This document shows positions 45,988 to 56,010 of a stretch of DNA of 64,000 nucleotides, in pieces. Under the pieces are notes generated by a model that was given only the letters and a program-made list of their open reading frames with translations, did no database searches and was not told the DNA's origin. The stretch comes from a virus. Taxonomy: Duplodnaviria; Caudoviricetes. The translations under genes were made by a program, and so were the position numbers. The stretch spans positions 82,799 through 146,798 of IMG/VR virus record IMGVR_UViG_3300014039_000017; one strand, 5' to 3'. The number at the start of each line of letters is the position of its first letter. Within the stretch, counting starts at the first letter, position 1.

Positions 45988-47874
45988 TTAAAATAATGTA
46001 AGTTGCTCTGTTTCTAAAGCATTTATTATTTTATAAATTTCATTCTTATAATAAAGATAGTTTATATGTTTATCTTTAGTTGATAGATTATCAAATTTGT
46101 TAAGTAATGTAACAGAAGAAGAACTGCATAATGTTGTAGGTCTTATTTTTTTTCCGGTATAATCCATCTCATATTTTATAAGTGATGAACCATATTTAGA
46201 CATATAAAATCTATTAATTCTAGTTACTTCTTTTCCACCGTACATTACGTGAAATTTCTTATCCACTTTTTGATAAGTGCAAAACTCTCTTATATCATCA
46301 GAATTATATAAAGTTTCTTCAATAGGTATTTTATCAACAAAATATTTACAAATTGTTTTAGGAATAATTAACGGTTGTAAACCTTTACCAAGAGTTGGAG
46401 TGTCAATAAATATTCCTTTCTTCTTTATAAGAGATGAATCTTTTGTTTTGTTATAACCTTCTTTTACAGCAATATAATCATTTATAGCAAATTGATACAT
46501 GGCTTCAAAATAGTCCGCTTCCATTGTAAGTAGACTAAATTTTTCAAAAGATTTAATTATATCATTTGCTTTATCTAGCATATTTCGTTTAATTAAAACA
46601 AAAATTCCATCGGTATTATATTGAATAATTCTACAATTAGTTCCTAAAATAAGCATTTCTGCTAACTTTAAAAGAAATAGTTGTCCGTTCATCCTAATTT
46701 TCATTACAGACTTTGGATCGTATAATCATGAATACTCTGATTGCATATTCCCCGTAGCGGAGTTTAATGCAAGTTTAAGAGTTTCATTCTTAACTTTATT
46801 TCCATTATGTTTAGCTTCTATTCTTTCCTCTCTAATTTTTTTATATACATTTAGAAATTCTACACCTAAATGTTGAGGATAAAATTCGTAACTAATTAAT
46901 AATGAAGGATATAGCGACATCGCATCTCAGTCTACAAGAATTTCATCGTCGGTAGGAATTATAATCTCAGGTTTACAAATATTATGTAACCCACCTACTC
47001 CAATGGAAATCAATGAGTTATAAAAATAAAATTGTTTATTTCAACCTTTAATTCCAGGGCTAACAGTTAATTCTTTCATTTCATTTAAAAGGTCTTGTAG
47101 AATTTTAGTTTCAAATGAAATTTTAGGTAATATTACCTCATTTAATTTAACCTTATCGCGCGGAGATCTTAAATCTTTAATATCTCCTCAAGTTTTTCCT
47201 GTAGCTTGTAAATATTTTGTTTTTAGAATTTCTTTTCCAATACCGACACCATCAACGCTCATAACATTAACTCCGTATTCATCATGAATACCAACACGTA
47301 AATCAATGTCTTTTTGTTTTAATTTTAATAGTTGGTATGTTGAATTAACATCATTATGATTATATGCAATTACATTATCAATTTCAGATTCAGATATATT
47401 AGAATTAAAATCCCCTTCGTATTCTTGAACGTTAGGATATTGCATTGTTACTTGTAGTTCTTTTAATCCACAACGTAATTTTTGAGAAAACATCATTGTT
47501 AATAAATCAAAAGATGGAAAGCAATGTGCATGCTTATATTTTGCTCAAGAATCAAATTTATCTCCAGAGTTTATAATTTCATCACTAAATTTTTTTAATT
47601 CTCTAGTAACTTCTCATACTGGTTTTTGAGATAATATATGCTGATTTAAAATTATATAATTAATAACAGGATCGTCATAATGTCGATTGTTATACCCGCA
47701 TCAAATAATGCCAGAATTACTAAATGTAGATACAATAAATCCTAATTCGTTTTTTCTATTACTTATTTCATAAGTACCAATTTTTTCTGAATTGGTATTT
47801 AAAATTGTGCATGTAAAAAGATTTGGAAATATTTCTACATCATAAACAAACACAACTTTATTATAAAGTAACAT
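45988..47874 (-). CDS. DNA polymerase family B (TGA=Trp)
   Basis: VYDVEIF and GYNNRHYD exonuclease motifs; D-W-DAMSLYPS, KLALNS.TG, YNTDG and KKKG. Three track fragments in one frame. Confidence 0.93.
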
Positions 47875-48737
47875 TACTTATAAGAAGGTATATTCAGTGT
47901 AATCTCTTTAAGTTTTGCTACTTGCTCAATATTACTCTTAATAGTTTCCCACCTTTTAATGTGATAATCAGTGTCAATATCAAGTAACAAGAATACTTTA
48001 TCTCTGAATACCCTAAGAGTTTCAGATGGAAGTGAAGAAATTCTAGGATTTGGAGTTAGATGCAGTAAAAGTCTAAATTCTGAATAACTAAATCCCTTAA
48101 TATCAACCCTAAGTCTTATATCAGGATTAATTACCATTCTTTCTTTAATTACATCAAGCCAAGGCTTTTGTTTACCATTATCATCAAGTTCAGTAAGCTC
48201 CTTCTTTTCTTCATCAGTAAGCCAAATTCCCTGAGTAATGATAAAATGTTCTGAAATCATTTTACGATTAATTACTTCAAGCTGATCCAAACAAGCAGCA
48301 ATAAGATCGCCAAATTTTACTGTAGAATACTCTTTAGGAAGATGATCAAACATAACATCTACAGTATTATCATCAGTAAGATTGTTTTGCTTCTTAAATG
48401 AATTGACTGCTTGAACAAGCTCAAGAGGAGTCTTAATAATATCAATAGAACACTCATGAAGCAAATATCTCTTTAAAAGCTCTGCGTTACAATGTGCTAT
48501 AAATACTTTAATATTCTCTTTAACTGTATATCTACCTGGAGTAAACTTACTTTTATTATAAAGCATATCACAACAATGATGATAGGCTTTATTAAGCATT
48601 ACTGAATCCATATCAACTAGACGAGTATCTCTACCGTCTTTTGACTTTCATACAGCCTGATTAATATCAGTTTTCTTATTATTAATTGCGTTTGACAATG
48701 TTTCTCCAAATTCTGTAACTTTTTTCTCTTCTTTCAT
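47874..48737 (-). CDS. Hypothetical protein (TGA=Trp near N-terminus)
   Basis: Track ORF extends to ATG 48737. Confidence 0.7.
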
Positions 48738-48739
48738 AT

Positions 48740-49060
48740 CTAAAATTTATATTCTTTATTTTTATCTTTTACTTCATCTTTTATTTTAACAAAATTCATA
48801 AAATAATAGGCAGTATATTTATATTGCTTATATTCATTTGTATTAGCTTCCAGATAAGAGTCTCCAGCCTTAGCAAATTCATAAGTAATAAACCCTATAT
48901 CACCTATTTTAAGAGGCTCTGGACAATTTCAATTAGGGCATTTAGTTACAGTAATATATCTATATTCATTATTTTCTTGTAAGTCAAGATTTTGAAATAC
49001 ATAATTACTATAACAACCGTCCTGAAACGCCACTATTTTAGCTCTAATCGTGAATTTCAT
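48740..49060 (-). CDS. Hypothetical protein (missed by track; TGA=Trp)
   Basis: MKFTIRAKIVAFQDG...CPN-W-NCPEPL; ends TAG. Confidence 0.65.
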
Positions 49061-49238
49061 CACAAAGTCTATCTATAGTTTCAAGATTTCTCTTAATTAT
49101 TTCTATAGAATCCTGTATAAGAAGAACTCTTGTATTGATTATTTTCTTCAAAGTATCAATTTCATCTTTAATAGAAATTTCGATTTTTTCTTCAACTTTA
49201 GGCTCTTCTATAGCAGTTTCATTTTCTTTAAACTTCAT
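49044..49238 (-). CDS. Hypothetical coiled-coil protein
   Basis: Packed ORF. Confidence 0.55.
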   Translation of the reverse strand: MKFKENETAIEEPKVEEKIEISIKDEIDTLKKIINTRVLLIQDSIEIIKRNLETIDRLCDEIHD

Positions 49239-49606
49239 TATACCACGTGAATTCTATAGATACACTCATGAAGGTCTAGCTGATATTGATTTTCTAGAAG
49301 ATTATACAATTTACTAGAAATAGTATATTTATGTCCACTAATAAATAATTTCATAATAAAATCATCATTAGTAGTAAAATATCTCAATATATCTTTATCA
49401 TCAAATTGAATTAATCCTTCTTCAAGAATAAATCCAGTTTGTTCAGAAAGATATATAGAATCAACCATGCCTTCATTATATATATCTAAATGTTCAATAA
49501 ATCTCTCAATTCTCGGATCAAGAATTAAATCAGATGGATTATCATGATTTAAATCTGGATACCAATGTTCACCAAGTTTCTTAAATACTAGATTTACAGA
49601 TCTCAT
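49238..49606 (-). CDS. Hypothetical protein
   Basis: Packed ORF. Confidence 0.65.
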   Translation of the reverse strand: MRSVNLVFKKLGEHWYPDLNHDNPSDLILDPRIERFIEHLDIYNEGMVDSIYLSEQTGFILEEGLIQFDDKDILRYFTTNDDFIMKLFISGHKYTISSKLYNLLENQYQLDLHECIYRIHVV

Positions 49607-50039
49607 CTTCAGGAATATTTAAACACGTTGCACTATGTGTACAATATAAATCCGCCATATTATTAAATGTATTGTTTTCGTGACCTTTTACTCAGACCAT
49701 AGTAACGTTATGATATGATAATAAATTAGTTAATTCTAATCATAAATCTAAATTCTTTTTAGAAAGGTCTGATTTTTCAATTCATTTAAAACAAGATTCG
49801 GAGTTTATACTACCAACAACATATTGTGAATCGCTATAAATAGTAATATTTACAGACTCTTTAAAATATTTTAAAGCTTCAATTACAGCTCTAATTTCAC
49901 ATCTATTATTGGTAGTATATTTCCAACCTTGATATAGCTTTTTTATTATTTTCCCTTCTTTTAAAATAATTGCAGCTCAGCCTCCAGCTTTTATAGAATC
50001 TTGATAAGAACCGTCTGTATAGGCTTCATATGAATCCAT
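49581..50039 (-). CDS. rnhA: Ribonuclease HI (missed by track; TGA=Trp)
   Basis: YTDGS...GG-W-A; TTNNRCE; YSDSQYV; NLDL-W; W-VKGH...N.MAD. Confidence 0.92.
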
Positions 50040-50389
50040 TACGGAATAAGAGTTTCCATAAATTTATATTCGATAGATTGACAGATTCCTATAAATACAC
50101 TATGAACCTCTCTATCAACTTTAATTACGGTATAAGGATCTTTATAAGCCCTCTCTTCAGAAAGACGTTTGCCAATTGCTTTTACAAAAGGATCTCTATG
50201 CGAACATCTAGATACGCCAATAGAAAGTTCATTAGTATCATGGTCATAAATTCCACAAATTGTAAGTCTTGGGAGCATTTTAGACTTTTTTACATCCTTA
50301 ATAGGCTGAATTGCCCCGTTAGGAGATGTAAGTACACTCATAGTTCTCATACGATAATCAGGAGTGTAATAATACCTAATCGTTTTCAT
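50039..50389 (-). CDS. Hypothetical protein (RCSHRDPF.K.IG family)
   Basis: Packed ORF. Confidence 0.65.
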   Translation of the reverse strand: MKTIRYYYTPDYRMRTMSVLTSPNGAIQPIKDVKKSKMLPRLTICGIYDHDTNELSIGVSRCSHRDPFVKAIGKRLSEERAYKDPYTVIKVDREVHSVFIGICQSIEYKFMETLIP

Positions 50390-50768
50390 AATTTTGTTTT
50401 TTATAAATTAATAATAACCAAATAATTATAGCATATATTATTGCTTGAATTATATATCCTAAGCCTAAAAGAACTGCAATTGCAACCATAGACCAAACTA
50501 ATATTGCAGTAGTGAGATTATGAACACTTTTATCTTTAAATATAAGTCCAGCACCTATAAAAGATACTCCAGATATAATCTGCGCTATTACATGATAATC
50601 AACTGTGCCATTGTCAGTAAATGAAGCCTGTGTAAAAGCATAAGCGCCTAACATAGCAATTGCTAGCGATCTAAATCCAACTGCTTTACCAGATTTAGCT
50701 CTTTGTCGACCTATTATATATGCTATTCCAAGCAATAATATTAAACTAACCAAGTCTAACCAATACAT
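50376..50768 (-). CDS. MgtC/SapB-family membrane protein
   Basis: IGRQR...VGFRS...AQIISGVSFIGAGLI...LTTA..W. Confidence 0.85.
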   Translation of the reverse strand: MYWLDLVSLILLLGIAYIIGRQRAKSGKAVGFRSLAIAMLGAYAFTQASFTDNGTVDYHVIAQIISGVSFIGAGLIFKDKSVHNLTTAILVWSMVAIAVLLGLGYIIQAIIYAIIIWLLLIYKKQNYEND

Positions 50769-51030
50769 TATGATTTTCAGTTAAGATAAAGTCGGAGATA
50801 ACGTAATTATCAACTTTATCTCCAATTGTAAGAAATGGCCCACCATCAAAGTCTATAAAATTAATTTTAGTATAGTCTCCTGGCTCTGTTCCAATTCTTA
50901 AATATCCGGACTCTGTAGAACATTCTTTTAAAGAATTATCTATTTCATATAAATCCGAATCTTCAATTTGAATTAACCTACGATTCCACGGACTATCACA
51001 ATGCCCTTTAAGTTCAATTATATTTCCCAT
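50746..51030 (-). CDS. Hypothetical protein
   Basis: Packed ORF. Confidence 0.6.
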   Translation of the reverse strand: MGNIIELKGHCDSPWNRRLIQIEDSDLYEIDNSLKECSTESGYLRIGTEPGDYTKINFIDFDGGPFLTIGDKVDNYVISDFILTENHNVLVRLG

Positions 51031-52610
51031 TAAAATACAACTTGATTTAACACTTTAGGAACTACAACAACTTGTGCAGATAAATATAAATTAGTAACTG
51101 ATACAGCATTCTCAAGTGCCAATATAGCAGCCTTAGCTGGATCAATAATTCCTGCGTCATACATATTTACTATATTTTCACTATTAGCATCAAACCCACG
51201 AGTTTCGGTCACTTTAGGAAGAATTCTATTAACATCCTTACCACAACTCTTTATAAGCAACTCTATTGGAGTACACAAGGCGGATTTAATAGCTATATCA
51301 GTTATATTGCTTGAATCAAAAGATCTAGCAGCGTTATAATAAGTAATACCTCCGCCAAGCACAACTCCTTCTTCAATAGCAGCCTTAGTTGCTGCAACCG
51401 CGTCATCTACACGATCCTTACGTTCTTGCATTTCAAGTTCTGTAGTTCCTCCAACATAAATTACACAGATACCTCCAGTAAGTTTAGCGAGTCTTTCTTT
51501 ATTAAACTTAATAAGAAAACTATCTTCTGTAGTAGAATCTGCTTCTAATTGTTTAATAGAGTTTCTTATAGATGCTATTCTATCATTTAAACTATCTTTA
51601 GAACCTTTGCCTCCTATAATTGTAGTAGAAGTTTTAGTAATTGTAATTTTATCACATTGGCCTAAATCAGTAATAACTACATTATTAAGCTCAATTCCAG
51701 AATCATAAGAAATATTTACACCGCCTGTAAGAACAGCAAGATCTTCAAGAACAAGTTTACGATAATCCCCAAAAGACGGCGATTTAATAGCACAAACTTT
51801 AAGAGTTCCATTAAGTTTATTAAGCTTTAAAGTCTCAATAACTTCATCATCATAATCTTCTGCTATTAAAAGAATTGCTCTATTAGCTCTTATTACATCG
51901 TTAAGAACGCCTGCTATATCTCTCATAGAAGTAATTTTGTGTTCAGTGATAAAAATATATGGATTTTCAAGAATACAAGTATCTTTTACATAATCAGTAC
52001 AAAAATGAGGAGCAATATAGCCTTTATCAAACTGCATTCCATTAATAATTTCTGATCTTGTATTAACATTAGAAGATTGTTCAACGGTAATAATACCATC
52101 TCTACCAATCTTTTTAAATGCATCTCCTATAAGAGTTCCAAGTTCAGAATCATTATTAGCAGAAATTGTAGCAATATTAGTTATATCTGAATCTTTAATT
52201 GGAATAATATTAGATTTAATATATTCCATTGCTTTTTCTTTAGATTTTATAAGAGCATTTTTAAGCACGACTGGATTGTAACCATTTACAAGTGCTGAAT
52301 CCATATCGTTTATAAGAGATTTAGCTAATACAATAGTTGTAGTAGTTGCATCTCCTACATTAGCAAGCATTTTAAGTGATGCTTCCCTAATTATTTGCGC
52401 TCCAGTATTTTCAAAGAAATCTTCAAGTTCAATTTCTTTTGCAACACTAACTCCATCCTTTGTAATTCTAGGAGATTTGGTGACATCTCCTATAACAACA
52501 CAATTGCCTTTAGGTCCTAAAGTAGCCGATACAGCATCAGCAAGAATGTTAATGCCTTTAAGAAGCTTGTCTTTAGCTTCTTTTCCAAACAAAATATCTC
52601 TAGCAGGCAT
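51030..52610 (-). CDS. groEL: Chaperonin GroEL-like
   Basis: TLGPKG, ITKDGVSVAKEI, GDATTT, GMQFDKGY, KDRVDDA and GIIDP motifs. Confidence 0.95.
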   Translation of the reverse strand: MPARDILFGKEAKDKLLKGINILADAVSATLGPKGNCVVIGDVTKSPRITKDGVSVAKEIELEDFFENTGAQIIREASLKMLANVGDATTTTIVLAKSLINDMDSALVNGYNPVVLKNALIKSKEKAMEYIKSNIIPIKDSDITNIATISANNDSELGTLIGDAFKKIGRDGIITVEQSSNVNTRSEIINGMQFDKGYIAPHFCTDYVKDTCILENPYIFITEHKITSMRDIAGVLNDVIRANRAILLIAEDYDDEVIETLKLNKLNGTLKVCAIKSPSFGDYRKLVLEDLAVLTGGVNISYDSGIELNNVVITDLGQCDKITITKTSTTIIGGKGSKDSLNDRIASIRNSIKQLEADSTTEDSFLIKFNKERLAKLTGGICVIYVGGTTELEMQERKDRVDDAVAATKAAIEEGVVLGGGITYYNAARSFDSSNITDIAIKSALCTPIELLIKSCGKDVNRILPKVTETRGFDANSENIVNMYDAGIIDPAKAAILALENAVSVTNLYLSAQVVVVPKVLNQVVF

Positions 52611-52612
52611 AA

Positions 52613-53704
52613 TTAAAATCCAATTTTAGTTTGTTTTTGTGTACAATCAGTCTCTTCGTAATTATAAATTTCAGCAAGAGTCATAGGCTTATATTCAGAA
52701 AGTTCTACACCTTGCTTATTAAGAAGATTTTTAGTTTTTTCTGTAGAAAGTTCTTTAAATTCATAATTAACAAAACACCTACCTTTACGAAGAAGTGCAG
52801 TATCAATCTTATTTATATCCGCATTAAATGTACATATAAATTTAATGTTAAATATATCTGACATTAATCCATCTGCCATATTAAGTATATTAGCTATAGC
52901 TCCACTAAAATTACCGTCAGTTCTATCTATGAGAATTTGTTCACAATCTTCAAGTATAAATATACTATTTCTATTGGAAAGCATAAATGAAATAAATTCT
53001 GGAGATGCTAAATGCTCCGCAAGTGCATTAGTAACTAGAATATAGCTAGCAGGATGTGTTGTGATAAGATTTCTAAGTATTGTACTTTTGCCACTTCCGA
53101 CCATTCCTCTTAAAATGGCAATACCACTTGTTCTTTCATCTATAAACTTAATTAAATCATTATATACAGGAAGAAAATCATCGTTATAGTTCTCTTTAAG
53201 ATCTATATTAGTTGGCTCGATTTTAGATGTAATAGTATAATAATCACCATCATCTCTGCAAACCAATTTAACATTAGCTGCCTCGGAAATATCCTTTTCT
53301 TCAGGTAGATATTTTAGAATTTTTTCAATAAATTGATCCGGATTACCATTTAAATAGTAATATGTAATAGAATCGTTATCAATAATAACATATTCTTCAT
53401 TACTAGTCATAAATAGTATTCCATCAATAGTAGTTTCGTTTACCTTACTTTCATCTTCGTTATCTTCTACACAAGATGTCACACTTCTATCATATCTACT
53501 ATAAATAGATATAAGAGTTCCTTTAAAATCTTTAAGTAATTTATCGAGGTCTACTTTATCTAAATCAAAATTACCATCAATACAATAAATATGTTTTTTA
53601 GGATATTTTCCAAAAACATTGATAAAAAATGGAATAGGTTTTACTTCTCCGTACGCGAAACTATTATTATAAGTTTCTTTCGTTAATTTTATTTCTGAGT
53701 TCAT
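52613..53704 (-). CDS. AAA+ ATPase
   Basis: GMVGSGKS, ILEDCE, TFN and D.ALLRKGR motifs. Confidence 0.85.
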   Translation of the reverse strand: MNSEIKLTKETYNNSFAYGEVKPIPFFINVFGKYPKKHIYCIDGNFDLDKVDLDKLLKDFKGTLISIYSRYDRSVTSCVEDNEDESKVNETTIDGILFMTSNEEYVIIDNDSITYYYLNGNPDQFIEKILKYLPEEKDISEAANVKLVCRDDGDYYTITSKIEPTNIDLKENYNDDFLPVYNDLIKFIDERTSGIAILRGMVGSGKSTILRNLITTHPASYILVTNALAEHLASPEFISFMLSNRNSIFILEDCEQILIDRTDGNFSGAIANILNMADGLMSDIFNIKFICTFNADINKIDTALLRKGRCFVNYEFKELSTEKTKNLLNKQGVELSEYKPMTLAEIYNYEETDCTQKQTKIGF

Positions 53705-54119
53705 TTAAAAATTGATTTTGTGTTGATTCGTCCCAATCAGAAAATAATTCTTCATCACCTAAAGAATCTTTCATATAAAGAGAATTATTTTTTATATAAA
53801 ATTCATACTCTTCTCCTTGTAAAGTTCACTTTCATATTCCCGATTGAATAAGTCTATATCTAAATTCCCCTTCAGTTATACTAATAATCTTCTGTTTTGC
53901 TAGTTTATGATAATTAGTATCAATATCAATAAGTTCCGGATCGTATTTAAGTAAAATTTGTCTAATTGTCTTTTTAGATGGATTACCTAAGGCTCTTTGA
54001 ATTTCTCCGTAAGAATAACTGTTGTTCCTAAGTGCCAATATAGCTTTTTCTAACTCTGATGCATCTTTATATTGAGATACTAAGTCAGAATATTTATCTA
54101 ATATTTCTTTAAGTTTCAT
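53667..54119 (-). CDS. Hypothetical HTH-like protein (TGA=Trp)
   Basis: SYGEIQRALG. Two TGA readthroughs extend it to TAA 53667. Confidence 0.6.
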
Positions 54120-54333
54120 TTACTTGTTTTATTATATAATTATAAAATTCGCCTCTTCTTTTTGAGCTAGTAAAACATACTTTTTTATTATAAGTATTAC
54201 CTTTAAAGCAATATTTTATCTTAACAATGTAAGGGTCTGAATAATAAAAAGTGTCTAATTCGTCTTTAGATATAGATACTATATAATCTACATTAATAGC
54301 TGTGTTTCCAAAATTAATTAGTTTCATATTCAT
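54109..54333 (-). CDS. Hypothetical protein
   Basis: Packed ORF. Confidence 0.55.
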   Translation of the reverse strand: MNMKLINFGNTAINVDYIVSISKDELDTFYYSDPYIVKIKYCFKGNTYNKKVCFTSSKRRGEFYNYIIKQVNET

Positions 54334-54571
54334 CTTTTAGTATTTCATATAAATCATATAACGTATCCATAGTTAATACTTCTAATGGAGCCACATAGGA
54401 TTCAAATAAAACAGTAATTCCATATTTAGAATTATTATCTACTTCAATACCAATAAACTCATTATCGTCTTTAATTAAATATTGTGATTTATTTTCTGGA
54501 ATTAACATTTCACAATAAAATGTTATTTCTAGACATAATTCATTATAAAAATCATCTTTACTTGGTAACAT
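54314..54571 (-). CDS. Hypothetical acidic protein
   Basis: Packed ORF. Confidence 0.6.
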   Translation of the reverse strand: MLPSKDDFYNELCLEITFYCEMLIPENKSQYLIKDDNEFIGIEVDNNSKYGITVLFESYVAPLEVLTMDTLYDLYEILKDEYETN

Positions 54572-54583
54572 AATTTTTTAGAT

Positions 54584-54622
54584 AAAAAATACTCGCCTAA
54601 AAATTAATTTAGACGAGTATTT
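54584..54622 (-). terminator. Terminator downstream of suppressor tRNA
   Basis: AAATACTCGTCTAAA/TTTAGGCGAGTATTT stem with T-run. Confidence 0.75.
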
Positions 54623-54645
54623 AAGTTAATATTTTGTAATAATAG

Positions 54646-54716
54646 CGGGGTTTTAAAGGCTCGAACTCTAACTAATTGATTTGAAGTCAATTGTGCTACC
54701 ATTACACCAAAACCCC
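54646..54716 (-). tRNA. Opal suppressor tRNA, anticodon UCA (tRNA-Trp-like)
   Basis: GGGGTTT-TG-GTGT AATGGTA GCAC-A-ATTGA CT[TCA]AA TCAAT-TAGT-TAGAG TTCGAGC CTTTA-AAACCCC-G; short variable loop; G73. Confidence 0.93.
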
Positions 54717-54766
54717 AATTCCGACTATAAAGTCAGTCGGCAACTTTTATTCTCAATCTTGCTATA

Positions 54767-54797
54767 CAAATATAACAAAATTTTTTATCTTGTCAAA
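54767..54797 (-). promoter_or_regulatory. Bacteroidota-type promoter for suppressor tRNA
   Basis: TTTG-N19-TATATTTG. Confidence 0.72.
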
Positions 54798-54864
54798 ATA
54801 AATTCCGTTATTTCAGAAAATAACATTGGAATTAAAATAATACCGCAAATTAATATAAACATAA

Positions 54865-56010
54865 TTATTTCATATAAGCCGCTCTTGCAGCATTTGTTAT
54901 TTGAATTACTTTTGCTTTCTTTTGAAATTCGTATAGACTAGTAGAATCGCAATAAGACATTGCTGAACGTAAGTAATCAACAAAATTTTCTATCCAGCCA
55001 GATAGAGTATATTTTACTTCTACCATTCTTTCCACACCTTCAGAAGTATGTAATTTATCATTACCCATTTCTTTTTGGGCCTTTTTTGTAGACATACCAT
55101 AGTAATTACGATATATATTAGGAAATTTCTGAATGATATATGGTTTAGAAGATAGTTTTAATGTTGAGGTTCTAATTAAATCTGACTCTTTTTCAGCAAC
55201 TAAAGCATCTACATAGTTGTAATACTTATATGTTCCATCACTATATAAAAATTTCTGCAATGTTTCTCCACAAGCTTCTTCGCATTCTGCAAATATCTTA
55301 CCACACATTACATAATCAGCGCCAAGAGCAAGGCATTTAATTATCTTATCATAAGAATCAATACCACCATCAGCAATTATCTTAGGAAGTTCTTTAAGTG
55401 GCTCTTCCCTTGTAAATTGCTTTTGCATTATTTGTAATTTAACTGCATGTATTTCTGAAAGCAATGTAGCCATGGGAGTATGAACTGATAATTGAACTGA
55501 TGTGAGGCACGCGTTTCCGTTTCCAATTGAACAACGAGCATAATCAATTCCAGCCTTATAATATTCATAATACGTTTCTGGATTTGCAATATTGCCAGCC
55601 ATTAAAAGAATTTTATCCCCAAACTGATCCTTTGCTTTTTTGCATAGATTTATAAGTTTAGACATATGACCGTTAGCAATATCAACGCAGACTTTTATTT
55701 GCTCTCCATCATCAATATCTAGATTAAGAATTTTATTTTCAAATTCATCTAAACTAACAGCAATAAAAGTATGTAAAGAATTACTTAATCTTTCTTCAAA
55801 GGATAAAGTCCTAGGAAGTATGGTATTAATTTTATTCTCTTGAAACTTTTTATAATTACCAAGATTGATTACAGAACTCATGGGCGCTGTAAATATTGGA
55901 AGCATACCATCAAACCAATAAGGATCACATTCTGACCTATGCTCTATTCTAGATATATTAGACGGCATTATAGAAACATCGTCTAAGCCTAAATATATTT
56001 TATTCGTCAT
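54865..56010 (-). CDS. GMP reductase / IMP dehydrogenase family
   Basis: DIANGH, MAGNIA, IGNGNACLT, IIADGG, YYGMST, SEG and LRSAMSY motifs. Confidence 0.88.
   Translation of the reverse strand: MTNKIYLGLDDVSIMPSNISRIEHRSECDPYWFDGMLPIFTAPMSSVINLGNYKKFQENKINTILPRTLSFEERLSNSLHTFIAVSLDEFENKILNLDIDDGEQIKVCVDIANGHMSKLINLCKKAKDQFGDKILLMAGNIANPETYYEYYKAGIDYARCSIGNGNACLTSVQLSVHTPMATLLSEIHAVKLQIMQKQFTREEPLKELPKIIADGGIDSYDKIIKCLALGADYVMCGKIFAECEEACGETLQKFLYSDGTYKYYNYVDALVAEKESDLIRTSTLKLSSKPYIIQKFPNIYRNYYGMSTKKAQKEMGNDKLHTSEGVERMVEVKYTLSGWIENFVDYLRSAMSYCDSTSLYEFQKKAKVIQITNAARAAYMK

Noticed and set aside
1-50039. Fragmented ORFs as pseudogenes or sequencing errors
   Set aside because: Breaks are in-frame TGA at Trp positions, or precise intron boundaries; no frameshifts were needed.
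54646-54716. tRNA-Sec or TGA=Gly interpretation
   Set aside because: Short variable loop, 7-bp acceptor and G73; TGA aligns to conserved Trp; no Sec machinery seen.
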